A stretch of 34,180 bases of DNA from Candidatus Methylomirabilia bacterium (lineage in GTDB: Bacteria; Methylomirabilota; Methylomirabilia; Rokubacteriales; CSP1-6), in NCBI GenBank assembly GCA_041492755.1, contig JBGPXN010000035.1, forward strand, positions 1 through 34,180. The letters run 5' to 3'. The position numbers and the translations under genes were made by a program. How positions within the stretch are numbered: position 1 is the first letter of the stretch; every line of letters starts with the position of its first letter. The notes beneath the pieces were generated by a model, which was given only the letters and a program-made list of their open reading frames with translations, made no database searches and had not been told where the DNA came from. This document shows positions 16,433 to 26,499 of the stretch, one piece after another.

Positions 16433-18595
16433 TCAGGTGCGCAGACCGAGCCGGTCGCCGAAGAAGGTCAGCGGCTCCACGCGCTGGGCCGCGCCGTGCG
16501 GGCAGGCGTAGACGCACGCCGGCTCGTGGTACTCGGCGCTGAGGTCGCAGGTGGTCGCCTTGGGTCGGGCCACGACCTTCTTGCGGCCGGGGTGCTCGGG
16601 GTCCGGCACCGTGTCCTCGAAGGGGTGGAGGTTGATGTTGCCGTACGGGCACTGGTTGGCGCAGAGCCCGCAGCCGATGCACCAGTCCTCGATGACGATC
16701 TCCAGCGAGTCCCGCCGGCGGATGGAGCCGACCGGGCAGCCCACCATGCAGAGTGGATCGCGACACGACCGGCAGGAGGTCGCCACGAGGTATTTGTCGA
16801 AGCGCAGGCCGTCGCGGACGAGGCGGGTGACGCCGTCGTGGGCGGCCGCGCACGCGCGCACGCACTGATCGCAGCGCGTGCAGCGCTCGAGATCGAGCAG
16901 GAGCAGGCTCTGGGCCTCCATCAGGCCCTGGCCCAGAAAGTCGTCGAGCTGGACGGTGCTCACGCGCTGCATCTGCGCGTCGTTCTGCTCGAGGCGATGC
17001 CGCGCCTCCCGGGTGAGCGCGGTCTTGATGTTCGGGAAGCGCTCGACCATGGCCTGGAAATCGTCCTTCTGGATGCGGACGACTTCGACGTGGTCGAGCG
17101 CGGCGCACGTCGCCGTGCGGACCCCCTCGGCGAGTAGACCGATCTCGCCGAAGTACCCACCACGCGCCAGGTAGGCGAGGACCATCTCGCCTCCGGGGTG
17201 CGACTGGGTCACCTTGACGAAGCCGATCCGGATCAGATAGAAGCTGTCGGCGGGCTCGCCCTGGCGGCAGATCACTTGCCCGGGCTCGAAGCGGATGAGC
17301 TCGACGCGGTCGCGCAGGCCGTCGATGAACTCCTTGGTGAGGCCGGCGAAGATCGGTACCGACCGCAGATGGGTGTCGAGCGCGCGCTGCTTGTACCGCT
17401 TGTCGAGCTCGGCCTTGAACGTCTTGTTCTTCTGCAGCATGTACAGGACGTTCCGGAGCATCTCGAGAGCTTCCACGTCCTCGAGCGCCACCACCGTGGC
17501 CGAGCGCGGGTAATAGCTCATGCACGTCATTTCACCGAACAGATCGCCGGGCCCGAGGGTCGCGACGGGATTGCCGTACGGCAGATCGACGGGCCCGTCC
17601 ACCGGGATGTGCGTCGGCGCCGGCTGATCGCGGGGATCTTCGGTGGCGCTGGCCAGACCGGTGATCCGGCTGAAGAACTGCAGGAGGCCGCCGGTCCCCT
17701 GGCCCCGGCTCTTGACGTGGCCCATCCGGGTGTCGATGCGCACCTCGACCTTGCCGCTGAGGACGTAGAACGCGGTGGCGCCGAAGTCACCCTGCTGGCA
17801 GATCACGTCGCCCCGCTTGAACCGGCGCTTGACCACGGAGCCGTGGTTCAGCTCGAGGAACGTGCCGGAGGCGCCCTTGAAGAAGGGCAGCTTCAGGAGC
17901 TCGTCGGCCGTCAGCTCGGCGTCGCCGCGCTGGGGCGAGCGGGGGATCTCGACGTCGAGCACGCTCTTGTTGGTCAGCGCGCCCGTGGGGCAGGACACCA
18001 TGCATTCGCCGCAACCCACGCAATTGGAGTGCCCCATCGGCTGGTCGTTGTCGAAGCCGATGCCGGCGAAGGAGCCCTTGCCGTTGCGGCCGATGATGAA
18101 GTTCTTCTTGATCTCGCCGCAGCCACGGATGCAGCGGTCGCAGAGGATGCAGGCGGCGTGGTCGACCTTGATGATGACCGACGTGTCGTCGGTGCCGCGG
18201 TCGACGGGACGGGGCGCGAAGCGCGACTTCGTCAGCCCGGCCTGCGTGGCGTACGTTTCCAGCTCGCAATCGTGACTATGCTGCTGCCGCGTGCAGGGGA
18301 CGGGGTGGTCGGACAACAGGATTTCGTAGAGCATCTTGCGCGCGCGTAGCACGCGCTCGGAATTCGTCTGGACGATCATGCCCTTCTCGGCGGGGCGGAC
18401 GCAGGAGGCGGCCAGCACACGGCCGCCCTGGACGTCGACGGTGCACACGCGGCAGACGCCCACCGGCGTTTGATGCTCGGCGTGGCACAGTTTCGGGATC
18501 TGGATGCCGAGGAGGCGCGCGGCGTCGTAGATCGACGTCCCGGGGTCGACCTGGACGGGGCGGCCGTCGATCGTCAGCTCGATTTGCTCTGGCAT
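16433..18595 (-). CDS. Fe-S protein: NuoG/HoxU-like N-terminal module, two cNMP-binding domains, and a C-terminal four-cluster (DmsB/FdnH-like) ferredoxin
   Basis: [2Fe-2S] motif LCH..GVCRVC..ASC, then CILCDRCIRGC and CVGCGECMVSCP. cNMP cassettes FGEMTCMSYYPRSATV and FGEIGLLAEGVRTAT. C-terminal CTRCDQCVRAC, CRSCRDPLCMVGCP, CIGCGLCANQCP and CDLS..PACVYACP. ATG 18595 lies 11 nt after the nuoEF stop. Confidence 0.9.
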   Translation of the reverse strand: MPEQIELTIDGRPVQVDPGTSIYDAARLLGIQIPKLCHAEHQTPVGVCRVCTVDVQGGRVLAASCVRPAEKGMIVQTNSERVLRARKMLYEILLSDHPVPCTRQQHSHDCELETYATQAGLTKSRFAPRPVDRGTDDTSVIIKVDHAACILCDRCIRGCGEIKKNFIIGRNGKGSFAGIGFDNDQPMGHSNCVGCGECMVSCPTGALTNKSVLDVEIPRSPQRGDAELTADELLKLPFFKGASGTFLELNHGSVVKRRFKRGDVICQQGDFGATAFYVLSGKVEVRIDTRMGHVKSRGQGTGGLLQFFSRITGLASATEDPRDQPAPTHIPVDGPVDLPYGNPVATLGPGDLFGEMTCMSYYPRSATVVALEDVEALEMLRNVLYMLQKNKTFKAELDKRYKQRALDTHLRSVPIFAGLTKEFIDGLRDRVELIRFEPGQVICRQGEPADSFYLIRIGFVKVTQSHPGGEMVLAYLARGGYFGEIGLLAEGVRTATCAALDHVEVVRIQKDDFQAMVERFPNIKTALTREARHRLEQNDAQMQRVSTVQLDDFLGQGLMEAQSLLLLDLERCTRCDQCVRACAAAHDGVTRLVRDGLRFDKYLVATSCRSCRDPLCMVGCPVGSIRRRDSLEIVIEDWCIGCGLCANQCPYGNINLHPFEDTVPDPEHPGRKKVVARPKATTCDLSAEYHEPACVYACPHGAAQRVEPLTFFGDRLGLRT

Positions 18596-18606
18596 TGTCT
18601 TCCCCG

Positions 18607-20289
18607 CTATCCGGCCATCGTGCACACGCCGGACGGACAGCGCTTACGCAGGACGTGGTCGTCGATCTCTTCGCGGAAATGCTTGATGACCGACTGGATG
18701 GGAACGGGGGCGATCTGCCCCAGCCCGCAGATGGAGGCCAGGGCCATGGCTTCCGACAGCTCGTCGATGGTGGCGAGATCCTCGGCGGTGCCCTTGCCGT
18801 GCGTGATCTTCATCAGGGTGTCGACCATCTTGGCGGAGCCCACGCGGCAGGGGACGCACTTGCCGCACGACTCGTTCTTGAAGAAGCGAACCGAGTTCAG
18901 GGCCATGTCGAGCATGCACGTGCCCTCCGCGCACACGACGATCGCGCCCGAGCCGAGCATGGAACCCGCGGCGGCCAGGGACTTGAAGTCGAGGGGGACG
19001 TCCACCATCGACGCGGGCAGGTACCCGGACGACGGGCCCGAGGGCGCGAAGCCCTTGAGCTTCTTGCCGCCGCGGATGCCACCAGCCAGCTGGTAGATCA
19101 CGTCCTTCAGAGGCGTGCCCATGCGGATCTCGTAGACGCCGGGCTTGTTCACGTCGCCGCTGATGCCCACGAACTTGGGCCCGGGCGCGCCGTTGAGCCC
19201 CTTGGCCTTGAAGGCCTCCGCGCCCTCCATGAGGATGAGCGGACAGGAGGCGAAGGTCTCGACGTTGTTGACGACCGTGGGCTTGTACCACAGGCCACCA
19301 CCTACCTGGCCGGGGAACGGCGGCTTGTTGCGTGGCTCTCCGCGGTTGCCCTGGATGGCCTCGATGAGCGCCGACTCCTCGCCGCAGATGTAGCCGCCGG
19401 GGCTCACGAAGATCGTCAGGTCGAAGTCGACGTCCGAGCCCAGGATGCGCTTGCCGATGACGCCGGCGCGGGCGCAGGCGTCGAGCTCCTTCTGGCAGAG
19501 CTCGATCTGGGCTTCGTACTCGTGGCGTATATAGAGGATGCCGGTCTTGGCGCCGGCCACCACCCCGGCCAGGATCATGCCCTCGATGACCAGGTGGGGC
19601 AGGTGCTCCATGATCACGCGGTCCTTGATCGTCCCCGGCTCGCTCTCGTCGGCGTTGCAGACGACGTACTTCACCTCGCTGACGGCGTTGCGCACGAGCT
19701 CCCACTTGAGGCCGGTCATGAAGCCCGCGCCGCCGAGGCCGCGCAGGTCGGCGGCCTTGAGGGTCGCGATGGTGCCCACAATGTCGCGGGTGGCCAGCAG
19801 CCGCTTCAGCGCGCCGTAGCGATCCTCTGGCTTGGGGTACGGATCCATCATCAGCGGGCCGCTGATGGCCGTGATTTCGGGATGCGGCATGCCGCCGCCC
19901 GTCGCGGCGCGGTCCACGAGCGCCCAGAGCGAGTCCGGCGTGAGCCGCGTCACGATGTGGTCGTTGACCGCGGCCGCCGGCGCGCGATCGCACTGACCGA
20001 GGCACGATGCCGGCCCCACGACGACGCCGGTCGGCCCATCCTGCTCGATCCGTGCCTCCACGGCCGTGCGCAACGGGTCCGCTCCCCGGAGATGGCAGGA
20101 CATGTCCTGACAGATCCGCAGCTCCACCGGCGGCGGCGGCGTCAGCCGAAAGTGCGGGAAGAAGGTGGCGACGCCGTGCAGGTGGTAGAGCGGGACGTTG
20201 ATCCGCTCCGAAAGTTCTTGGAGAGCGGCGGTCGGAAGATAGCCGTGCTGATGCTGGATTGCGCGCAGTCCTTCGATGATAATGGTCAA
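18607..20289 (-). CDS. NuoE-NuoF fusion (HoxF/FdsGB-like NAD(P)H diaphorase flavoprotein)
   Basis: NuoE [2Fe-2S] motifs CQDMSC...CLGQC. NuoF motifs LRGLGGAGF, CNADESEPG, YICGEESAL, NNVET, CGKCVPCRVG and SICGLG. The start is uncertain: TTG 20289 is preferred because the 20328 start overlaps the predicted -10 box. Confidence 0.92.
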   Translation of the reverse strand: MTIIIEGLRAIQHQHGYLPTAALQELSERINVPLYHLHGVATFFPHFRLTPPPPVELRICQDMSCHLRGADPLRTAVEARIEQDGPTGVVVGPASCLGQCDRAPAAAVNDHIVTRLTPDSLWALVDRAATGGGMPHPEITAISGPLMMDPYPKPEDRYGALKRLLATRDIVGTIATLKAADLRGLGGAGFMTGLKWELVRNAVSEVKYVVCNADESEPGTIKDRVIMEHLPHLVIEGMILAGVVAGAKTGILYIRHEYEAQIELCQKELDACARAGVIGKRILGSDVDFDLTIFVSPGGYICGEESALIEAIQGNRGEPRNKPPFPGQVGGGLWYKPTVVNNVETFASCPLILMEGAEAFKAKGLNGAPGPKFVGISGDVNKPGVYEIRMGTPLKDVIYQLAGGIRGGKKLKGFAPSGPSSGYLPASMVDVPLDFKSLAAAGSMLGSGAIVVCAEGTCMLDMALNSVRFFKNESCGKCVPCRVGSAKMVDTLMKITHGKGTAEDLATIDELSEAMALASICGLGQIAPVPIQSVIKHFREEIDDHVLRKRCPSGVCTMAG

Positions 20290-20326
20290 ACCCCCCAGGG
20301 CCGCGTCGAGGCGTTGGAGTCGTGCC

Positions 20327-20356
20327 AAAATACGCCGCGCGCCCCGTCGCTGTCAA
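20327..20356 (-). promoter_or_regulatory. Putative sigma70 promoter for the nuoEF operon
   Basis: Minus strand TTGACA (20356-20351), 18 nt spacer, TATTTT (20332-20327). Confidence 0.6.
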
Positions 20357-20362
20357 CGGCCT

Positions 20363-20380
20363 TCGCCGAAAATTCGGCGA
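20363..20380. promoter_or_regulatory. Palindromic candidate operator between the divergent promoters
   Basis: TCGCCGAA-AA-TTCGGCGA, perfect 8-bp arms. Confidence 0.5.
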
Positions 20381-20394
20381 CCGCGCGAGAGTGC

Positions 20395-20424
20395 TTTACA
20401 CGCACGGCGAACTCGTTATACGAT
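20395..20424 (+). promoter_or_regulatory. Putative sigma70 promoter for the porin-cytochrome operon
   Basis: TTTACA (20395-20400), 18 nt spacer, TACGAT (20419-20424). Confidence 0.45.
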
Positions 20425-20481
20425 GCCCGCGCTCCAGGGTCTCCATGCCGTGCGAAGAAACTGGACAAGGAATTTATGAGC

Positions 20482-22422
20482 ATGGCGAACGCTCGACGGG
20501 TCACGATCAGCGCACTCCTCGCGTTTGGCATTCCGGCCTTCGCGTGGGCGCAAACCATTACTTCCTCTCCGGTGCCAACGTCGGAGATTCGCGCGAGCGA
20601 GTCGGCGACGGCGCCGGTCGTGGCCCAGCGGCCACGTCGAGAGGAACAGCCGGCCCAGACGCCGCCGGCGCAGCCGGCGCCGCCCCCAGCGCCTGTCGCG
20701 CCGCCGGAACAGCCGAAGGAAAAGACGCAGGGCTTCTCGGGGCCGAGCTCCGTGCGGCACCCGTCGCCGATCGAGACCAGCCCCGATTTCGTGCCCATCC
20801 CCGATAGGTGGCGCCTCGGCCTGCCCAACTGGAACCGCTACGATCGCCCGCTGAAGGATGTGCCCTACACGACGGGGCGCTGGTGGGACCCCTACAACCA
20901 GAACGTCATCAAGGGCGATTTTCCGATCATCGGGCAGGACATTTTCCTGAGCTTCTCTGCCATCAGCGACTCGCTCCTCGAGCTACGGCGAATCCCGCTG
21001 CCGAGCAACGTCAGCGCGAACCGGCCGAACAGCGACGAGTTCTTCGGCAAGGGCGATCAGCTCTTCTTCAACCAGAACTTCATCTTCTCGCTCGAGATCT
21101 TCAAGGGCGATACCGCCTTCCGCCCTCGTGACTGGGAGTTCCGCCTCACGCCCGTCATCAACCTCAACTACCTCGATACGCGCGAGACGGGCGTCGTCAA
21201 CATCGACGTCCGGGACGGCACCACCCGCACGGAGAACCACCTGACGCTGCAGGAGTTCTTCGTCGAGTACCACCTGGGCGACATCAGCCCGCAGTACGAC
21301 TTCATCTCCACCCGCTCCGGCATCCAGCCGTTCACCAGCGACTTCCGCGGCTTCATCTTCAGCGACAACCAGCTCGGCTTCCGCCTGTTCGGCATCCTCG
21401 GCTCCAACCAGAACCAGTTCAACGCCGTCTACTTCCGCCCTCTCGAGAAGGACACCAATAGTGGGCTGCTGCGGCTGTTCGACACGCGCCGGCAGCACGT
21501 GGGCATCATCAACTACTTCCGCCAGGACTTCCTCGTCCCCGGATACACGCTGAACGCCAGCATGCACTACCTGCACGACGGGGGCGGGACGCACTACGAC
21601 GAGAACGGCTTCCTGGTCCGGCCGCAGGCGATCGGCACCCTGTCCACGAAGACGGTCGACGCGTTCTGGCTGGGCTTCACCGGGGACGGCCACATCGGGC
21701 CGCTCAACGTCAACCACGCGTTTTACCACGTGACCGGCGTGGAGAGCCGCAGCCCCATCAACGGGCGCTCGCAGGACATCAACGCCCAGATGGCGGCCCT
21801 CGAGCTGTCCGTGGACATGGACTGGTTCCGGCCGAAGTTCCAGTTCTTCTGGGCGTCCGGCGACAGCGATCCGTTCGATCGCACGGCGCGCGGGTTCGAC
21901 AACATCTTCGACAATCCGAACTTCGCGGGTGGGGGCTTCAGCTACTGGGTCCGCCAGGGCTTGCCGCTCACCCAAACCGGCCTCGAGCTGAAGGGCCGCA
22001 ACAGCCTCATCACGCCGCTGCGCGGCAGCAAGCTCGAGGGCCAGCCGAACTTCGTCAACCCCGGTGTGTTCCTCGTCGGCGCGGGCGCCGACATCGACGT
22101 CACGCCCAAGCTCCGCGCCTCCCTGAACCTCAACTTCCTCCGGTTCGAGCACACCCAGGTCCTCGAAACCCTGCTCTTCCAGCCGAAGGTCGGCCACGAC
22201 ATCGGCATCGACACCAGCCTCGGGATCCGCTACCGGCCGTTCCTGAACGAAAACGTCGTCATTACGAGCGGCTTCGCGGCGCTCGTCGCCGGCGATGGCC
22301 TGCGCGATCTCTACACCGAGGACCAGTTCACCCTCGGCCGCAACGGACTCGAACGGCAGAAGAACAACTTCACGTTCGATCCGCTGTACTCGGCTTTCCT
22401 GTCACTGACTTTCACGTACTGA
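20482..22422 (+). CDS. Predicted outer-membrane beta-barrel (porin-like) protein
   Basis: AAGGA RBS with ATG at 20476 or 20482. Signal peptide ending AFAWA-Q, Pro-rich linker, many amphipathic aromatic strands, and C-terminus FLSLTFTY with a terminal aromatic residue (BAM-type signal). Confidence 0.8.
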   Translation: MANARRVTISALLAFGIPAFAWAQTITSSPVPTSEIRASESATAPVVAQRPRREEQPAQTPPAQPAPPPAPVAPPEQPKEKTQGFSGPSSVRHPSPIETSPDFVPIPDRWRLGLPNWNRYDRPLKDVPYTTGRWWDPYNQNVIKGDFPIIGQDIFLSFSAISDSLLELRRIPLPSNVSANRPNSDEFFGKGDQLFFNQNFIFSLEIFKGDTAFRPRDWEFRLTPVINLNYLDTRETGVVNIDVRDGTTRTENHLTLQEFFVEYHLGDISPQYDFISTRSGIQPFTSDFRGFIFSDNQLGFRLFGILGSNQNQFNAVYFRPLEKDTNSGLLRLFDTRRQHVGIINYFRQDFLVPGYTLNASMHYLHDGGGTHYDENGFLVRPQAIGTLSTKTVDAFWLGFTGDGHIGPLNVNHAFYHVTGVESRSPINGRSQDINAQMAALELSVDMDWFRPKFQFFWASGDSDPFDRTARGFDNIFDNPNFAGGGFSYWVRQGLPLTQTGLELKGRNSLITPLRGSKLEGQPNFVNPGVFLVGAGADIDVTPKLRASLNLNFLRFEHTQVLETLLFQPKVGHDIGIDTSLGIRYRPFLNENVVITSGFAALVAGDGLRDLYTEDQFTLGRNGLERQKNNFTFDPLYSAFLSLTFTY

Positions 22423-22456
22423 TCCCGTTCGCTGTCCGAAGGGGGACCGCACTCCC

Positions 22457-25400
22457 GTGAAGAACGACGAGGCGCGAGCACTGAGGCAAACCTCCCGCGG
22501 TCGAGTGATCCGGCGTCTGGCCAGAGTCTCGCTGGCGCTCCTGGTGGCGGTCATCCTGTCCGCCGTCGTGGGCCCCGCGTGGCAGATCACCGCGCGGATC
22601 GTCGACAACGCCACCACGGTGCGGCCAGCGAATGCCGGCGACGTCGTCGGTCTCGCGCAGCGTATCCGCCGCCCCGATGGGCTTCTGCTCGCGCAGGCGA
22701 CCCCGGCGCCGGCGGCACCCGCGGCACCCGCCCCCGGCGCCCGCCAGCCGCCCGACCTCAGCAAGCAGTCGGGGGCGGAGGCAGACGCCAAGAGCGCGGG
22801 CTGCAAGACCTGCCACACCAAGACGGACTCCGACAGCATGCACACCACGGAGGCGGTCAAGCTTGGCTGCACCGACTGTCACGGTGGCCGCAACGACGTC
22901 AAGCTGCCGGCCGGCATTGCCAAGGACAGCCCGCCGTACAACGACGTGAAGAAGCAAGCGCACGTCCAGCCCAAGCACGCGGGGATGTGGAAGTCGGCGG
23001 CCAACCCCGAGCAGGTCTACGCGGAGTGGGTGCAGGAGACGTACGACTTCATCAAGTTCGTGAACCCGGGCGATCTCCGGGTGGCGCGCGAGACGTGTGG
23101 CGGCACCGGCTGCCACGCCGCCGAAGTTCAGCAGGTCCAGAAGAGCATGATGACGACGGGGCCGATGCTCTGGCAGGCGGCCCTCTACAACAACGGGCAG
23201 TACCCGATCAAGACCGCACGCTACGGGGAGAGCTACAGCCCCGACGGCGTGCCGCAGCGCGTGTTCACGCTTCCGCTGCCGACGGCGGAGGAGATCCTCA
23301 AGAAGGGCATCGTGCCGTTCCTGGAGCCGCTGCCGCGGTTCGAGGTCCAGCAGCCGGGCAACGTGCTGCGCATCTTCGAGCGCGGGCAGTCCAAGCCCTT
23401 CGACCTCGCGATTCCGACCCTGGACGAGCCGCCGGGGAAGCCGCTCAGCCGCTTGAGCCAGCGGGGGTTCGGCACGCTCAACCGGATCGATCCGGTGTGG
23501 CTCAACTTGCAACGAACGCGGCTGCTCGATCCGCTGCTGCACCTGCCCGGCACGAACGATCATCCCGGCGACTTCCGCGCCAGCGGCTGCTCGGGCTGCC
23601 ACGTGCTGTACGCCAACGATCGCTCGCCGGTGCACTCCGGGCCGATCGCCCAGTTCGGGAACATGGGGCGCACGCAGACGGCGGATCCGACGATTCCGAA
23701 GGAAGAGTCGGGCCACCCGATCAAGCACACGTTCACGAACTCCATCCCGTCCAGCCAGTGCGTCGTTTGCCACCATCACCCCGGCACGACGGTCACCAAC
23801 AGCTACTACGGCTACACGTGGTGGGACAACGAGACCGAGGGTGAGGTGATGTACCCGGCCAAGGAGAAGAATCTCACTCCGGCCGAGGTGTTCAAGATCC
23901 AGGCGCACAACCCCGAAGGGGCCGCGCTCCGCGGGAACTGGTCGGATCGACAATTCCTGGCCAACGTCACCGACCTCAACCCGAAGCTCACCCGCACCCA
24001 GTTCGCCGACTTCCACGGTCACGGCTGGGTCTTCCGCGGCGTCTACAAGCAGGATCGCAAGGGCAACATGCAGGACGCCGAGGGCAAGATCGTCTCCCCC
24101 GAGGACCCCGACAAGTTCAAGAAGGCGGTCCATCTCAAAGACATTCACCTCGAACGGGGGATGCACTGCATCGACTGCCACTTCAAGCAGGACAGTCACG
24201 GTAACGGCAAGCTCTACGGCGAAGTCCGTGCGGCCATCGAGATCACCTGCGTCGACTGCCATGGCAGCGTCAGGGAACTCGCCAACCTCAAGACCTCGGG
24301 CCCGGCCGCGCCTCCGGGCGGCACGAACCTCGTCCAGCTCCGCACGCCGTTAGGCAAGCGCCGGTTCAGCCTCGAGGATGGCGTGGTGATCCAGCGTTCC
24401 ATGGTCGACGAGAAGCTCGAGTGGAAGATCACGCAGACCATGGACAGCGTCGACCCCAACTCCGAATGGGGTAAGGCAAACGCCACGAAGGTGCAGCTCT
24501 CGCGACTGGCCAAGACCCTTCGCAAGGACGGCACCACCTGGGGTGACGCCGCCGCCGATTCCGATCTGGCGCACGGCGACGCCCGGATGAGCTGCCAGGC
24601 CTGCCACACCTCGTGGACGACGAGCTGCTTCGGCTGTCACCTGCCCATGAAGGCCAACGAGCGCAAGCCGGCCCTGCACAACGAGGGCGACACCCAGCGC
24701 AACTGGACGCCGTACAACTTCCAGACGCTCCGCGACGACGTCTACATGCTGGGCATCGACGGCAATTCGGTGAAGAACCGCATCTCGCCGACGCGCTCGA
24801 CGTGCGCCGTCCTCGTCGGCTCGCAGAACCCGACGCGTGAGTGGGTGTACTCGCAGCAGCAGACGATCTCGTCGGAGGGCTTCAGCGGTCAGGCGTTCAG
24901 CACCTTCGTCCCGCACACGGTCCGCTCCACCGAGACCAAGCAGTGCGCGGACTGTCACGTGTCCAAGGCCAACGACAACAACGCCTGGATGGCCTCCGTG
25001 CTGATGCAGGGCACGAACTTCTACAATTTCATGTACCGCTACGTCTACGTCGCGGAGGGGAAGGCGGGGCTGGAGGCGGTGACCGCCACCGAGACGACGG
25101 AGCCGCAGGCCGTCATCGGGAGTTATCTGCACAAGGTGGCGTATCCCACGAATTACCAGAAGCACAAGCAGGGTGGTGAGCTGCTCCACGACAAGATCCA
25201 CCACCGCGGCCGCGACGTGATGGATCTGTTCGGCCGCGACGAGGTGCTGAGCATCCAGCTTCGCGGCGAGTACTTGTACACCGCCAACGGTGCGGGTGGC
25301 TTCCGCGCCTACGACGTGGCCCAGGTCGACCAGAAGGGCTTCTCCGAGCGGATCGTCACGGCACCCGTCTCGCCGCTCGGCCAGCGCCTGTACGTGAAAA

Positions 25401-26473
25401 CCAAGTACGCGACGGCGGTGGCCTCGCCCACGACGCTCGGCGTCGACCCGGTGCGCAGCCGCCGGCCGGAGAACCAGGAACAGCCGATCCACCTGATGTA
25501 CGGCTTCCTGTACGTGACCGACAAGTTCGAGGGCCTGGTGGTGATCGGTAACCCGCTCAACAGCAAGAACGGGCCCGGTGTCTCCACGCTGCTCGACGGC
25601 GACCCCAACAACAATTTCCTCGAGCGCGCGCTCGCCTTCAATCCGAACGGCATCCTGAACGGCGCGGTGAACATCACCATCGCCGGGACCTACGCGTATA
25701 TCCTCGCCGACCGGGGCCTGGTCATCGTCGACCTCAACGACCCGCTCAAGCCGCAGGTGGTGGGCGAGGTCGCCGCGCCCACCATCGTCAAGCCGCGGTC
25801 GGTCGCCGTGCAGTTCCGCTACGCGTTCATCACCGACTCCGAAGGCCTCAAGGTGGTGGACGTCACGAATCCAAAGATGCCGCGCTTCGTCTCAGGGGCG
25901 ACGGTGCGAATGCCGGATGCGCGCGGTATCTACCTGGCCCGGACGTATGCTTACGTGGCGGGTGGCAGCCAGGGGCTGGTGATCGTCGACGTCGAGCGGC
26001 CCGAAAAGCCCGTCATCGAACAGACCTACAACGCCGGCGGTGCCATCAACGACGCCAACGACGTCAAGCTCGGCATGACCAACGCAAGCCTCTTCGCGTA
26101 CGTCGCCGACGGCAAGAACGGCGTGCGGGTGATCCAGCTCACGTCACCGGCCGCCGTGCCGACCTATCTCGGGTTCAGCCCGCGGACCAAGCCGCAGCTG
26201 ATCGCGACGGCGAAGACCAAAGGCCCGGCCCTTGCGGTGTCCAAGGGGCTCGACCGCGACCGCGCGGTCGACGAGTCCGGCAACCAGCTCGCGGTGTTCA
26301 ACCGCCTGGGCAGCCGGCCCTTCAACCTGGCGGAGATGCAGCGGATGTATCTGAGGAACGGTCAGCTGTACACCGTGTCCGATGAGCCGCCGTCGACGCC
26401 GCGCGTGCCCGCGAAGAGGGAAGAGAAGAAAGAGGAAGCGCCGTCCGCACCAGCACCTGGACGTCGACGGTAA
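22457..26473 (+). CDS. Large multiheme cytochrome c (9 CXXCH + 1 CX4CH) with a C-terminal LVIVD-repeat beta-propeller
   Basis: Heme motifs CKTCH, CTDCH, CGGTGCH, CSGCH, CVVCH, CIDCH, CVDCH, CQACH, CFGCH and CADCH. Repeats such as [15 protein letters not shown] and [17 protein letters not shown]-terminal hydrophobic export segment. Confidence 0.9.
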   Translation: MKNDEARALRQTSRGRVIRRLARVSLALLVAVILSAVVGPAWQITARIVDNATTVRPANAGDVVGLAQRIRRPDGLLLAQATPAPAAPAAPAPGARQPPDLSKQSGAEADAKSAGCKTCHTKTDSDSMHTTEAVKLGCTDCHGGRNDVKLPAGIAKDSPPYNDVKKQAHVQPKHAGMWKSAANPEQVYAEWVQETYDFIKFVNPGDLRVARETCGGTGCHAAEVQQVQKSMMTTGPMLWQAALYNNGQYPIKTARYGESYSPDGVPQRVFTLPLPTAEEILKKGIVPFLEPLPRFEVQQPGNVLRIFERGQSKPFDLAIPTLDEPPGKPLSRLSQRGFGTLNRIDPVWLNLQRTRLLDPLLHLPGTNDHPGDFRASGCSGCHVLYANDRSPVHSGPIAQFGNMGRTQTADPTIPKEESGHPIKHTFTNSIPSSQCVVCHHHPGTTVTNSYYGYTWWDNETEGEVMYPAKEKNLTPAEVFKIQAHNPEGAALRGNWSDRQFLANVTDLNPKLTRTQFADFHGHGWVFRGVYKQDRKGNMQDAEGKIVSPEDPDKFKKAVHLKDIHLERGMHCIDCHFKQDSHGNGKLYGEVRAAIEITCVDCHGSVRELANLKTSGPAAPPGGTNLVQLRTPLGKRRFSLEDGVVIQRSMVDEKLEWKITQTMDSVDPNSEWGKANATKVQLSRLAKTLRKDGTTWGDAAADSDLAHGDARMSCQACHTSWTTSCFGCHLPMKANERKPALHNEGDTQRNWTPYNFQTLRDDVYMLGIDGNSVKNRISPTRSTCAVLVGSQNPTREWVYSQQQTISSEGFSGQAFSTFVPHTVRSTETKQCADCHVSKANDNNAWMASVLMQGTNFYNFMYRYVYVAEGKAGLEAVTATETTEPQAVIGSYLHKVAYPTNYQKHKQGGELLHDKIHHRGRDVMDLFGRDEVLSIQLRGEYLYTANGAGGFRAYDVAQVDQKGFSERIVTAPVSPLGQRLYVKTKYATAVASPTTLGVDPVRSRRPENQEQPIHLMYGFLYVTDKFEGLVVIGNPLNSKNGPGVSTLLDGDPNNNFLERALAFNPNGILNGAVNITIAGTYAYILADRGLVIVDLNDPLKPQVVGEVAAPTIVKPRSVAVQFRYAFITDSEGLKVVDVTNPKMPRFVSGATVRMPDARGIYLARTYAYVAGGSQGLVIVDVERPEKPVIEQTYNAGGAINDANDVKLGMTNASLFAYVADGKNGVRVIQLTSPAAVPTYLGFSPRTKPQLIATAKTKGPALAVSKGLDRDRAVDESGNQLAVFNRLGSRPFNLAEMQRMYLRNGQLYTVSDEPPSTPRVPAKREEKKEEAPSAPAPGRRR

Positions 26474-26499
26474 CCGTCAGAGAGTAAACGGAGGAGTCT

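Noticed and set aside
16433..20289. Annotation as complex I, hydrogenase or formate dehydrogenase
   Set aside because: No other nuo genes are present, and there is no NiFe, H-cluster or molybdopterin domain. Only the diaphorase-type modules are there.
18595..20475. N-terminal roughly 627 aa of the 1275-aa plus-strand ORF
   Set aside because: It is the antisense shadow of nuoEF. The real barrel gene starts at 20476/20482 with an RBS and signal peptide.
20482..26473. Calling the barrel and cytochrome MtrB/MtrA
   Set aside because: Size, heme spacing and the LVIVD propeller differ from MtrA/DmsE, and I recognise no MtrB-specific motifs. The resemblance is by analogy only.
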